A DNA stretch of 64,000 nt, taken from contig JADFIT010000001.1 in assembly GCA_022566515.1 (NCBI GenBank), positions 16,685-80,684 on the forward strand. The letters are read 5' to 3'. How positions within the stretch are numbered: position 1 is the first letter of the stretch; every line of letters starts with the position of its first letter. The notes below the pieces were generated by a model that searched no databases, had not been told where the DNA came from, and saw only the letters and a program-made list of their open reading frames with translations. The position numbers and the translations under genes were made by a program. This DNA is from Gemmatimonadota bacterium. Its GTDB lineage: Bacteria; Gemmatimonadota; Gemmatimonadetes; Gemmatimonadales; GWC2-71-9. Positions 34,618 to 44,133 of this stretch are shown here, piece by piece.

Positions 34618-36540
34618 CTAGGCAGCATTCCTTTTCAGCTTCATGACCTCGAGGACGAGATTCTGCAGATCGCTGGGTGAAACCCCAGGTATTCTTCCGG
34701 CCTGGGCGAGGGACTCCGGACGGACGCGTCCAAGCTTCTCTCTCGCCTCGGTGCTGATGCTTGCAATCTTCCCATAATCGAGGTCGGCCGGCAGATGAAA
34801 GTCGGTCAGCTCCGCGAGCTTCCTGGCAGCTTCTCGTTCTCTCGCCATGTACCCCGCGTACTTCATCTCCACTTGAGCCGAGACCCACGACTCTTCGTGT
34901 GCCTGGGGCATTGGGGATCCCGTGCACCGGAAAAGGTCCTTCAAGTGGACGCCAGGCCTCTTTATAAGTTCGCTAACTCGTTGTGTTTCAGTAATTTGAC
35001 TCTCACCACACGTGTCCAGATATGCATTCACCCGATCGGGACTAACAGACGTATCTGCCGCTGCCTTTAGGACCATCTCCTCTTCTTCCAAGCGGCGCTC
35101 CAATGTCCTTTGCTCCTCGTCGTTCAACATCCCAAGCTCGAGTGCCAACGGACCAAGCCTCTTCAGGGCGTTGTCCTGGCGGAGTAGCAGCCGATACTCC
35201 GAACGAGATGTGAAGAGACGGTATGGCTCATCTACACCACGTGTCACCAGATCATCCACCAAAACACCTATGTAGCCCGCGTCTCTGCCCAAGACGATGG
35301 GTTCCTCTCCCCTGTGCCGGCGTGCTGCGTTGATTCCAGCCACAACCCCCTGCCCAGCGGCTTCCTCGTACCCCGTCGTCCCGTTGATCTGCCCGGCGAA
35401 GAACAATCCCTCCACCGCCTTGACCTCGAGCCAAGGCGTCAGCTGCTGAGGCGGATAGTAGTCGTACTCGATCGCATAGCCCGGCCGAGTCATTCGAGCC
35501 TTCTCCAGCCCCGGCACGGCATGGAGAAACGCAATCTGGGCGTCCACCGGGAGGGACGTGGAAAGCCCATTCACGTACAACTCCGATGTCTCCAGACCTT
35601 CCGGCTCCAGGAAGATCTGATGACGCTCGGCATTGGGAAACTTCACGATCTTGTCTTCGATGGAGGGGCAATAGCGCGGACCACGGCCCGCGAGAGCACC
35701 GCCGTAGAGAGCGGACTCCTGAAGCCGATCCTCAATGATGCCTCTTAGTTCTTCACCAGTCCACGTAATCCAACACGGCAACTGTTCCGGCCGCGCACTG
35801 CGCACAAACTGACTGAACCTGAATGAGTCGCCCTCTCCGTCCTGCCGCTCCAGCCTCGAAAAATCCACCGATCGGCCATCCACCCGAGGCGGTGTACCAG
35901 TCTTGAACCTGTCTACCTCGAGACCCAAGGCCTCCAGTTGCTCGGCCATGTCAACCACCGCAGCATCTCCTGCGCGTCCAGCCCCTATCCGGGTCTCCAG
36001 GCCAATGTGAATCCGGCCGCGCAAAAACGTGCCCGCAGTAATGATCACCGAGTCTCCCCGGAACTTGCGACCGTCCTGGGTGACTACGCCCATCACTCTG
36101 TCTCCGCGAATCTCTAGACGCGCCACCGTGGCCTGCACCGTCTCGAGAGCGTCCTGTTCCTCCAGCAACGTTCTCACCGCCCGGCGGTACAGTCCCCTGT
36201 CACACTGGGCACGAGGTGACCAAACCGCAGGCCCCTTGGACCGATTCAGCATCCGGAACTGTATGGTCGCCCGGTCCGCCGCCCGCCCCATGATTCCCCC
36301 GAAGGCATCTACTTCGCGTACAAGAGTGCCCTTGGCCACCCCGCCAATAGCCGGATTGCAAGACATCTGACCGATTGTCTCGATGGCAGATGTTACCATG
36401 AGGACCCGAACACCCAACCGCGCAGCCGCGCACGCCGCCTCCGCACCGGCGTGGCCTCCCCCGACAACTATGACATCGAAATCCAATGCGGACACCAGAT
36501 CAGCTCCCCTCGGTCGGCCAAGAAATTTGCGGTCACGCAA
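34618..36540 (-). CDS. mnmG: tRNA uridine-5-carboxymethylaminomethyl(34) synthesis enzyme MnmG (GidA)
   Basis: FDVIVVGGGHAGAEAA, MSCNPAIGG, GPRYCPSIEDK and GQINGTTGYEEAA are present. The true start may be the GTG at 36495 rather than 36540. Confidence 0.95.
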   Translation of the reverse strand: MRDRKFLGRPRGADLVSALDFDVIVVGGGHAGAEAACAAARLGVRVLMVTSAIETIGQMSCNPAIGGVAKGTLVREVDAFGGIMGRAADRATIQFRMLNRSKGPAVWSPRAQCDRGLYRRAVRTLLEEQDALETVQATVARLEIRGDRVMGVVTQDGRKFRGDSVIITAGTFLRGRIHIGLETRIGAGRAGDAAVVDMAEQLEALGLEVDRFKTGTPPRVDGRSVDFSRLERQDGEGDSFRFSQFVRSARPEQLPCWITWTGEELRGIIEDRLQESALYGGALAGRGPRYCPSIEDKIVKFPNAERHQIFLEPEGLETSELYVNGLSTSLPVDAQIAFLHAVPGLEKARMTRPGYAIEYDYYPPQQLTPWLEVKAVEGLFFAGQINGTTGYEEAAGQGVVAGINAARRHRGEEPIVLGRDAGYIGVLVDDLVTRGVDEPYRLFTSRSEYRLLLRQDNALKRLGPLALELGMLNDEEQRTLERRLEEEEMVLKAAADTSVSPDRVNAYLDTCGESQITETQRVSELIKRPGVHLKDLFRCTGSPMPQAHEESWVSAQVEMKYAGYMAREREAARKLAELTDFHLPADLDYGKIASISTEAREKLGRVRPESLAQAGRIPGVSPSDLQNLVLEVMKLKRNAA

Positions 36541-36620
36541 AATAGCACCTTCTGGCCCTCGAGGGTTTGCATTTCACTGGCCCACAGCCGATACCGACCA
36601 TGCGAGACGCCAGCGACGTG

Positions 36621-36641
36621 TAGTAGTTGCATTGACTACTA
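36621..36641. promoter_or_regulatory. Inverted repeat TAGTAGT-tgcattg-ACTACTA in the mnmG / 36831-gene divergent intergenic region
   Basis: Read directly from the sequence. It shares the AGTAGTTG...ACTACT core with the repeat at 11835-11850. Confidence 0.3.
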
Positions 36642-36830
36642 ACTGCTATGTGACCCCGCCGACAAAGCACTGGGCAGGATGAAAGTCGAAGGACCTTTCC
36701 CACTCGGAACTTTTTAGGTGACACGGCTATTGGCACAATGCAGGCGGGACAACCAGAAGTGACAGGTTCCCGAGTCTGCCTCAACTAGTGCCTTGGTGAC
36801 GTTAGGAGTATCACGGCAGTCTGGACAATT

Positions 36831-37517
36831 ATGAAGCTACACGACGAGGGAAACCACGAGGATCGCGCCGACGTCATTGATTTGCGTCTGGCTGCGCGTC
36901 TACGCACTATTGCGGACTCGCAACGCGCGCCCAGACACCTGAGGGAGCGCATCTACGCTGGCATCGCGGCCGAGTCCTTTGCGGAACGCCGGCAGCAGTT
37001 TCGTTGGGATCTGGTTGGTGCAGGGGCAGGGGGTGCCCTTCTTGCGGCAGCCGCGGCCTTCGCCATCTGGTTGGCCGTGCCGGCCAACCGACCGCAGCTT
37101 CAGGCGGAGTCCTGGGTCGACATTGCATTGAACCAGGTTACCGGCGGGGCCATGATGCAGACCGACGAGCCTGAGTCCCTCAGTTCCTGGTTCGAGTCCC
37201 AGGTGGAGTACGCGGTCGATGTGCCGGATATTCCAGGCGCCGTCCTCCTGGGCGGCCGCCTTGCCTACGTCGGCGGGATCCGCGGCGCAGCGGTGGAGTA
37301 CGACGTTCACGGCCAGAACCTCGTTTATCTCATGGTGCCCCAGGGCAGCGTGATGGACATGCTAGCCTCGCAAGGAGACACGATGGTAACGTGGTCCTCC
37401 CGTGGCTATGAGATTGTCATGTGGAAACAGGGTGGCGGAACGCGAGCGCTCTTGGGCCCGCTACCGCAGAAGGAACTCTATCAAATCGCAGATCACTGTC
37501 GCCGGACCATGACCTGA
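36831..37517 (+). CDS. Single-pass membrane protein, function unknown (anti-sigma-factor-like topology)
   Basis: It has a ~60-aa cytoplasmic N-terminus, one TM helix (GAGAGGALLAAAAAFAIWLAV) and a ~140-aa extracytoplasmic domain. There is no zinc-finger motif and no adjacent sigma factor. Confidence 0.6.
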   Translation: MKLHDEGNHEDRADVIDLRLAARLRTIADSQRAPRHLRERIYAGIAAESFAERRQQFRWDLVGAGAGGALLAAAAAFAIWLAVPANRPQLQAESWVDIALNQVTGGAMMQTDEPESLSSWFESQVEYAVDVPDIPGAVLLGGRLAYVGGIRGAAVEYDVHGQNLVYLMVPQGSVMDMLASQGDTMVTWSSRGYEIVMWKQGGGTRALLGPLPQKELYQIADHCRRTMT

Positions 37518-37524
37518 GGAACGC

Positions 37525-37839
37525 CTAGTCGGCCCGCACCCAAATCCCTCCGCTCTCGATCTTCACCTCGTAAGTCCTCACCGACTCTTCCGCCGGTGGG
37601 GACTTTACGCTGCCGTCCCTGACATCGAAGACGGCGCCGTGGAGCGGACATTCCAGCTCGTAGTCCAACCCGACGCTGCCTTCGGATAGGGGATACTCGG
37701 CGTGGGTACAGCGATCGTCGATGGCAAACACGTCGCCGTTTACCCGAACAAGACAGACCCGTCGCTTGTTGGCGAGTTCTACCGATAGAAGCAGCCCTTC
37801 GCCCAGGTCGGCATCCTCAGCGACTCTCTCAAATTCCAT
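37525..37839 (-). CDS. Rieske [2Fe-2S] ferredoxin-like protein (last gene of the suf operon)
   Basis: The Rieske ligand boxes CTHAEYPL (C-x-H) and CPLHGAVF (C-x2-H) are present. Confidence 0.85.
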   Translation of the reverse strand: MEFERVAEDADLGEGLLLSVELANKRRVCLVRVNGDVFAIDDRCTHAEYPLSEGSVGLDYELECPLHGAVFDVRDGSVKSPPAEESVRTYEVKIESGGIWVRAD

Positions 37840-37879
37840 TTTGGCTTGAATTTAATGGCTGGTTGTTGGCGTAGACTCT

Positions 37880-38329
37880 CTACTCGGTCGACACAACACA
37901 ATCGGCGCGATCCAGGGCCGCCCTCAGGGTATGCCACAAGAGAGAGGCACACTTGACCCTTGCGGGAAACTCCCTCACACCTGAAAACACCGCCAACTTG
38001 CCCAACGCCTTCCGGTCCACACCGATTTCGGATCCGGTGATCATACGATGGAATTCACCGAATATTTCCTCCGCTTCTCCCACCGTCTTTCCCTTCACTG
38101 CAGACGTCATCAAGGAGGCGGACGCCTTCGAGATCGCGCAGCCGGATCCTTGGAATCCGATGTCCTCGATGACGTCGTTGTCCAGTCGAAGGTACAGTTT
38201 GAACTTGTCACCACAGAGGGGATTATCACCATCGGCGACGCGATTCGCTCCCTCTATCTCCTTGAAATTTCGCGGCGCCCGATTGTGATCCAATATGATC
38301 TGCTGATATAGCTCCCTCAGATCCGACAT
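37880..38329 (-). CDS. sufU: SUF-system Fe-S cluster assembly scaffold / sulfur acceptor SufU (IscU/NifU-like)
   Basis: NPLCGD, GSGCAISKASASLM and RVKCASLLW carry the three conserved Cys. Confidence 0.9.
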   Translation of the reverse strand: MSDLRELYQQIILDHNRAPRNFKEIEGANRVADGDNPLCGDKFKLYLRLDNDVIEDIGFQGSGCAISKASASLMTSAVKGKTVGEAEEIFGEFHRMITGSEIGVDRKALGKLAVFSGVREFPARVKCASLLWHTLRAALDRADCVVSTE

Positions 38330-39600
38330 TACTGAAACACTTTCCGCGCACCTTCAAGTGCCGCCGCCAGGACGTCTACCTCATCCTTCGTATTGTACAG
38401 AGCGAACGAGGCACGGGCGGTTGCCGCCACACCATAGAAATCCATCACCGGCTGGGCACAGTGGTGTCCTGTTCGAATCGCGATGCCGTCCTGGTCCACT
38501 ATCGTTCCCACGTCGTGAGCGTGTATCCCTTCAAGCAAGAAGGACACGACGGCCGTCTTATCCTCAGCGGTCCCAATGAGTCGAACCCCGTCCACTGCTC
38601 CGATGGCCTCGATCGCATAGCTGAGCACGTCGCTCTCGTACGCCATCACAACATCCCAATCCATTGTACCCAAATAGTCGATGGCTGCCCCCAGGCCGAC
38701 TACACCAGCAACGTTCGGAGTGCCGGCCTCGAACTTCGACGGTATCGGCGCGTAGCTCGTCCCCTCAAAGCTCACCTTGCGGATCATGTCGCCCCCGCCC
38801 TGATACGGCGCCATGGCTTCGAGCAACTCTGCGCGCCCGTAGAGCAAGCCGACGCCCGTGGGCCCGAACATCTTGTGCCCCGAGAGGCAATAGAAGTCGC
38901 ATCCTAGCTCCTGAACATCGATGGGCATGTGGGGGACAGCTTGTGCACCATCGATCAGAACCGGGATATCCCGGGCATGAGCCCTAGCGACGATCTCCCT
39001 CACCGGATTCACCGTGCCGAGTGCATTCGAGACGTGGCCGATTGCAACGAGCCGTGTCCTCTCGTTCAACAGCATGTCGAGGTCATCGAGAATCAGCTCG
39101 CCACTCTGCGACATCGGAATCACCCGGATCTTCGCACCCTTCTCCCCACTCACCAACTGCCACGGAACGATGTTGGAGTGATGCTCCAGATGGGAGACCA
39201 AAATCTCATCGCCCTCTCGGAGGCGGGGACGCAGGTATCCCGCCGCTACGAGGTTGATGGCGTCTGTCGTCCCACGGACGAAGACAATTTCGCGCGACTC
39301 CGAGGCACCGAGAAAGGCACGCGCCTTTTCTCGCACCTCCTCGTATGCGGCTGTGGCGTGCTCGCTGAGGTAGTGGACGCCACGATGGATGTTGGAGTTC
39401 TCGTAGGAGTAGAACCTCGTTACTGCATCGATGACCGTCTGGGGCTTTTGCGTCGTGGCGGCGTTGTCGAGGTACACCAGCGGCTTATCATTGACAGTCC
39501 TGCGGAGGATCGGGAAATCACGGCGCACCCGCTCCACGTCAAAGCCCTCTCCTGTCGAGGGGCTGAGCTCATCCTCTGTCAGGAGCGGCCGCACACTCAT
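38329..39600 (-). CDS. sufS: Cysteine desulfurase SufS (group II, PLP-dependent)
   Basis: YLDNAATTQKP, LSGHKMFGPTGVGLLYG (PLP Lys) and RTGHHCAQP (active Cys loop) are present. Confidence 0.95.
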   Translation of the reverse strand: MSVRPLLTEDELSPSTGEGFDVERVRRDFPILRRTVNDKPLVYLDNAATTQKPQTVIDAVTRFYSYENSNIHRGVHYLSEHATAAYEEVREKARAFLGASESREIVFVRGTTDAINLVAAGYLRPRLREGDEILVSHLEHHSNIVPWQLVSGEKGAKIRVIPMSQSGELILDDLDMLLNERTRLVAIGHVSNALGTVNPVREIVARAHARDIPVLIDGAQAVPHMPIDVQELGCDFYCLSGHKMFGPTGVGLLYGRAELLEAMAPYQGGGDMIRKVSFEGTSYAPIPSKFEAGTPNVAGVVGLGAAIDYLGTMDWDVVMAYESDVLSYAIEAIGAVDGVRLIGTAEDKTAVVSFLLEGIHAHDVGTIVDQDGIAIRTGHHCAQPVMDFYGVAATARASFALYNTKDEVDVLAAALEGARKVFQ

Positions 39601-40940
39601 GCGGCAAGTCCACCAACGGCATTCTCGAGACGTGCCCGGACCAGCAGGTCCATCTGATCCCGAAGCTCCGGGATCTTCACACGATTGAGGATCTCGACAC
39701 TGAAGCCGTACGTTAGCAGAGAGCGAGCAGCATCAGCGGAGATGCCGCGGCTCTGGAGGTAGAACGTTGCGCTGTCGTCGAGTGGTCCCAACGTCGCACC
39801 ATGCGTACACCTCACGTCGTCGGCGTAGATCTCGAGCTGGGGTTGACTGTCCGCCCGCGCATTCTCTGAAAGCAGGAGGTTGTTGTTCGTCTGTTTGGCA
39901 TCCGTCTTCTGGGCTCCGCGGCGGACAATGATTCGTCCATTGAAAACCCCGCGGGATCTCTCATCGAGAATCCCATTGAAGTGTTCGTGGCTGTCACAGT
40001 GTGGCACGGCATGCTCGATCACGGTGCTGTGATCCACGTGCTGCGTGCCACTCGCCATGTAAAGCCCGTTCAGCGTGCCCTCGCCACCCTCTCCCTCGAG
40101 CGCCATCCATATATCGTGACGAGACAGGGCGGCGCCAAAGACAAGCGCCGTCAGCGCATACCAACTGTCTCGACCCTGGTGCGAGTTCGTTGTCGCCACG
40201 TGATACGCGCGATCGCTCTCGCGCTGTATGCGGTAGCAATCCGCCCGAGCACCGTCTGCCAGCGCGATTTCCGTCACTGCATTGGTCCAGTAGGTGCGAC
40301 CTGGCAGGCCTGCATATGATTCCACCAGCCGGATCGATGCGCCTCGCTCGAGCACCACCAGATTTCTCGAGTGAGACATGACCGGCTCGTCGCCAGATGT
40401 TGCGAAGAACAGGATCTGCACCGGCTGCTCGATCACGGTGTTGGGCGGTACATAGACAAAGGCTCCGTCGCTTGCAAAGGCGGTGTTCAGGGCCGCGAAC
40501 GGATTGTCATCCACTGGATTGTACCGGCCCAGATATTGCTCCACCAAGTCCGCATCCTCATCCAGAGCTGCTGCCAAGCTCATGATCTTCACCCCAGGAG
40601 CTAACTCGGGAATCGTGGAGAGACGCTCGACAAAACTCCCGTTCACGAAAACCAGTCGCACACCGCTTTCGATCGGAAGAAGCAATGGATCGAGCTGTTC
40701 CGGAGTCGGCATCTGCGCGTCATGAGGCAAGACGAACGCCTGTTGGGTGATCGCCTTTACGCTGGTCAATCGCCAGTTCTCCTGTCTGGTCGTGGGGAAT
40801 CCCAGTTCCGTGAACCGCTGAAAGGCCTCTTCGCGCAGACGGTTGAGCCACGCCGGCGCAGCGGAAACACCATTCGATCTGAACTTGTCGAACTGAGCGA
40901 CGAGTCGCCCGGTGGCGTCTACCACAGGAGTCACAGTCAT
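39597..40940 (-). CDS. sufD: Fe-S cluster assembly protein SufD
   Basis: The ENWRLTSV N-terminal motif is present. The C-terminal beta-helix carries NLLLSENARADSQPQLEIYADDVRCTHGATLG. A 4-nt overlap links it to sufS. Confidence 0.9.
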   Translation of the reverse strand: MTVTPVVDATGRLVAQFDKFRSNGVSAAPAWLNRLREEAFQRFTELGFPTTRQENWRLTSVKAITQQAFVLPHDAQMPTPEQLDPLLLPIESGVRLVFVNGSFVERLSTIPELAPGVKIMSLAAALDEDADLVEQYLGRYNPVDDNPFAALNTAFASDGAFVYVPPNTVIEQPVQILFFATSGDEPVMSHSRNLVVLERGASIRLVESYAGLPGRTYWTNAVTEIALADGARADCYRIQRESDRAYHVATTNSHQGRDSWYALTALVFGAALSRHDIWMALEGEGGEGTLNGLYMASGTQHVDHSTVIEHAVPHCDSHEHFNGILDERSRGVFNGRIIVRRGAQKTDAKQTNNNLLLSENARADSQPQLEIYADDVRCTHGATLGPLDDSATFYLQSRGISADAARSLLTYGFSVEILNRVKIPELRDQMDLLVRARLENAVGGLAA

Positions 40941-40944
40941 GTTT

Positions 40945-41700
40945 CTACGCCGCCTCTTCCCGCAGCCAGTCGTAGCCCTTCTCTTCCAACTCCAGCGCCA
41001 ACTCTTTGCCTCCGGACTTCACGATGCGTCCCCTCGACAGCACATGAACCCGGTCTGGCACGATATAGCCCAACAGGCGCTGATAGTGCGTGACTAGGAT
41101 GGTCGCATTATCCGGCCGCCGCAGGTTGTTGACGGCATCGGCGACTATCTTCATCGCGTCGATATCCAACCCGGAATCCGTTTCGTCCAGGATCGCCAGC
41201 TTGGGCTCCAGAACGGCCATTTGCAGAATCTCGTTGCGCTTCTTTTCCCCCCCGGAGAATCCATCGTTCACCGGTCGGTCCATTAGGCTGTCATCCCACC
41301 CGATCACCTTGAGCTTTTCCTCGAGCACCTCGATGAAATCCAGCACGTCGAGTTCCTCCTTTCCCTGGCGCTTGCGTACCGCATTGACCGCCGCCCGGAG
41401 GAAGTAAGCGTTGGTGATGCCTCGAATGGTGACTGGGTACTGAAACGCGATGAAAAGACCGGCACATGCCCGATCTTCCGGTGCCATCCCCAAAAGATCT
41501 TTCCCCAAATACGTGACCGACCCCTCGGTCACCTCATAGGCAGGGTGGCCAGCCAAGACCTGGGCGAGCGTGCTCTTGCCAGAGCCATTCGGACCCATGA
41601 TCGCGTGGACCTCGCCTGCGTTGACGGTCAGATCGATACCCCGAAGGATTTCCTGGCCTTCGGCGCTGGCGTGCAGGTTTTTTATCTCAAGCATGTTCAA
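40945..41700 (-). CDS. sufC: Fe-S cluster assembly ATPase SufC
   Basis: GPNGSGKSTLAQVLAGHP, FSGGEKKRNEILQ, ILDETDSGLDIDA and VTHYQRLL are present. Confidence 0.95.
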   Translation of the reverse strand: MNMLEIKNLHASAEGQEILRGIDLTVNAGEVHAIMGPNGSGKSTLAQVLAGHPAYEVTEGSVTYLGKDLLGMAPEDRACAGLFIAFQYPVTIRGITNAYFLRAAVNAVRKRQGKEELDVLDFIEVLEEKLKVIGWDDSLMDRPVNDGFSGGEKKRNEILQMAVLEPKLAILDETDSGLDIDAMKIVADAVNNLRRPDNATILVTHYQRLLGYIVPDRVHVLSRGRIVKSGGKELALELEEKGYDWLREEAA

Positions 41701-41748
41701 TTCATGGCTCCAGGATGACTGATAATTCGGGGGAGTCGAAGCGGTGCT

Positions 41749-43176
41749 CTAACCAACACTTCCTTCGAGTGTGATACCGAGGAGCTTCTGCGCCTCCACG
41801 GCGAACTCCATGGGGAGTTCGCGAAACACTTCTCTACAAAAGCCGTTCACGATCATTGATACGGCGTCCTCGGCGCTGAGGCCGCGCTGCTGGCAGTAAA
41901 AGATCTGATCCTCGCCCACTTTGGATGTGGTTGCCTCGTGCTCCATCGTGGCCGTACTGTTACGTACGTCGATGTACGGGAACGTATGCGCCCCGCACTC
42001 GCTTCCTATCAGCATCGAATCGCATTGGGAATAATTGCGGGCGTTCGTGGCACCCTTCATGATCTTGACCTGACCACGATATGTGTTCTGGCTCCTGCCC
42101 GCGGAGATGCCCTTAGACACGATCGTGCTGCGGGTGTTTTTGCCGATGTGAATCATCTTGGTGCCGGTGTCGGCCTGCTGCCTGTTGTTCGTCACCGCAA
42201 CCGAATAGAACTCACCGACCGAGTTGTCTCCTTGCAGTATGCAGCTGGGATACTTCCACGTGATCGCCGAGCCGGTCTCCACTTGAGTCCATGAGATCTT
42301 GGAATTGTTCCCGGCACACTTCCCACGCTTCGTAACAAAGTTGTATATGCCGCCCTTTCCATCTTTGTCACCGGGATACCAGTTCTGTACGGTGGAGTAC
42401 TTGATCTGAGCATTCGCGTGCGCCACAAGCTCAACTACGGCTGCGTGAAGCTGATTCTCATCCCGCATCGGGGCCGAACAACCTTCGAGGTAGCTGACGT
42501 ACGCCCCCTCCTCCGCAATTATCAGCGTCCGCTCGAATTGCCCCGTGCCGGCGGCGTTCATACGGAAATACGTCGACAGCTCGAGCGGACACCGCACGCC
42601 CTTCGGGATATAGCAGAAGGAGCCGTCCGAAAACACCGCGGAGTTGAGTGCGGCAAAGAAGTTGTCGTTGTACGGTACGACCGAACCGAGGTACTGTTCG
42701 ATCAGCTCGGTATGATCAAGCACAGCTTCCGAGAACGGGCAGAAAATGACGCCGTGCTCGGCGAGGGTGTCCTTGAAAGTCGTGGCCACAGATACGCTGT
42801 CAAACACCGCGTCAACCGCCACACCAGACAACAGCTTCTGCTCTTGAAGCGGAATACCGAGCTTTTCAAAGGTCTTGAGAACTTCAGGGTCTACTTCGTC
42901 GAGACTCTGGAGCTGTTTCTTCGACTTGGGCGCCGAGTAGTAGGTGAGGGCCTGATAATCGATGGGCGGATAGGTGACATTCGGCCACGTGGGCTCCGTC
43001 ATCTTGACCCAATTACGATAGGCCTTGAGCCTCCACTCCAACATGAACTCGGGTTCCTGCTTCTTTTCCGAGATCGCGCGGACGATGTCTTCGTTCAGCC
43101 CCTGCGGGATGGTATCGGCATCGACGTCCGTCACCCACCCGTACTTGTATGGTTGGCCTACTTGTGTCTCGATCAC
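41749..43176 (-). CDS. sufB: Fe-S cluster assembly protein SufB
   Basis: YKYGWVTD..., NFVTKRG and [35 protein letters not shown] are present. Confidence 0.95.
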   Translation of the reverse strand: MIETQVGQPYKYGWVTDVDADTIPQGLNEDIVRAISEKKQEPEFMLEWRLKAYRNWVKMTEPTWPNVTYPPIDYQALTYYSAPKSKKQLQSLDEVDPEVLKTFEKLGIPLQEQKLLSGVAVDAVFDSVSVATTFKDTLAEHGVIFCPFSEAVLDHTELIEQYLGSVVPYNDNFFAALNSAVFSDGSFCYIPKGVRCPLELSTYFRMNAAGTGQFERTLIIAEEGAYVSYLEGCSAPMRDENQLHAAVVELVAHANAQIKYSTVQNWYPGDKDGKGGIYNFVTKRGKCAGNNSKISWTQVETGSAITWKYPSCILQGDNSVGEFYSVAVTNNRQQADTGTKMIHIGKNTRSTIVSKGISAGRSQNTYRGQVKIMKGATNARNYSQCDSMLIGSECGAHTFPYIDVRNSTATMEHEATTSKVGEDQIFYCQQRGLSAEDAVSMIVNGFCREVFRELPMEFAVEAQKLLGITLEGSVG

Positions 43177-43188
43177 GGTTGTTCCCCG

Positions 43189-43851
43189 TCAGGCGTCCCC
43201 TTGCAGGCCGCCATGAAATTCAATGGTGTACTCACATGCATTGCACCCGCTCAAGATGTGGGTCTGGCGCTCAACTCGAGCACCCAATGCGTCCTCAAGG
43301 AACCGTAGTTCAGTATCACAAACTTCGGGCAAGCAATTGACCACGGCATGCAGCACGCAGTTGTGCACCGAAAGCATGACCTCACCGTCTTCCTCAGACG
43401 ACTCGGTCATGAAACCCGCCTCCCCCATGACGTTCGTCACGTTCTTCAGGCGATCGAACGGCGTGAGATTATCACTAACCCCACCCAACTGGCGCCGAAG
43501 GTCAGCGTATTGCTCCTCAACCACGGCAATCGCGGCTGCTCGCCCTTCGTTATCCACCACATGGCCAATCAGCCGCGTCAGCGCCTGTTCGTATTGCCTG
43601 GGGAACAGAGCCTCGCCATCGCTGCTCAGCCTAAAGGCATAGGTGGGAGCCCCGGTGCCACGCTGCTCCCGCCCGTACACGACCAACCCTTCGGCCTCCA
43701 GCTCCTTAAGGTGTCGGCGAACAGCGTTCGCAGAAACGCCAAATATCTCCCCAAGCTCTTTCGCAGTAAGGGGTTGAGCCCTCTTGATCTGGCGGATAAT
43801 ATCTCCCCGAAGGCCCCTTTGGCCGGCCAAACGCGGTGTCATATGATCCAT
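43189..43851 (-). CDS. SufR-like winged-helix transcriptional regulator with Cys-rich C-terminal domain
   Basis: The N-terminal HTH is LTAKELGEIFGVSANAVRRHLKELEAEGLV. The C-terminus has 5 Cys (NCVLHAVVNCLPEVC...GCNAC). It is the first gene of the suf operon. Confidence 0.7.
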   Translation of the reverse strand: MDHMTPRLAGQRGLRGDIIRQIKRAQPLTAKELGEIFGVSANAVRRHLKELEAEGLVVYGREQRGTGAPTYAFRLSSDGEALFPRQYEQALTRLIGHVVDNEGRAAAIAVVEEQYADLRRQLGGVSDNLTPFDRLKNVTNVMGEAGFMTESSEEDGEVMLSVHNCVLHAVVNCLPEVCDTELRFLEDALGARVERQTHILSGCNACEYTIEFHGGLQGDA

Positions 43852-44133
43852 AGCGCCGGAATCCTAAGCTGGTTGATGAGTTATGGCAACTAATTTAACG
43901 GTTTTGTTTGTGAAGTCGAAGCCCCAAATTTCGACCATCGATCGTATGAGTCGTAAGCTATTGGTAATAAGATATTTACGATGCTCTCAGAAACCGCATC
44001 CTTAAGTTTGTGAGGCTGAAACCGTTCGCCTCATCGAATTGACCGTTGAGGAACGGCTGAGTTGCCGCCACCGGGTGATTCTAGGTTGATTGCCATTGCT
44101 TGACTCAGGTTTCCGTCGTCATTTGGAGGACTA

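Noticed and set aside
34285-36830. Possibility that the mnmG/parAB neighbourhood contains oriC
   Set aside because: I looked for clusters of DnaA boxes (TTATCCACA / TGTGGATAA) in the 34285-34617 and 36541-36830 spacers and found none. Only isolated sequences with 1-2 mismatches occur elsewhere, inside genes. dnaA and dnaN are not in the window.
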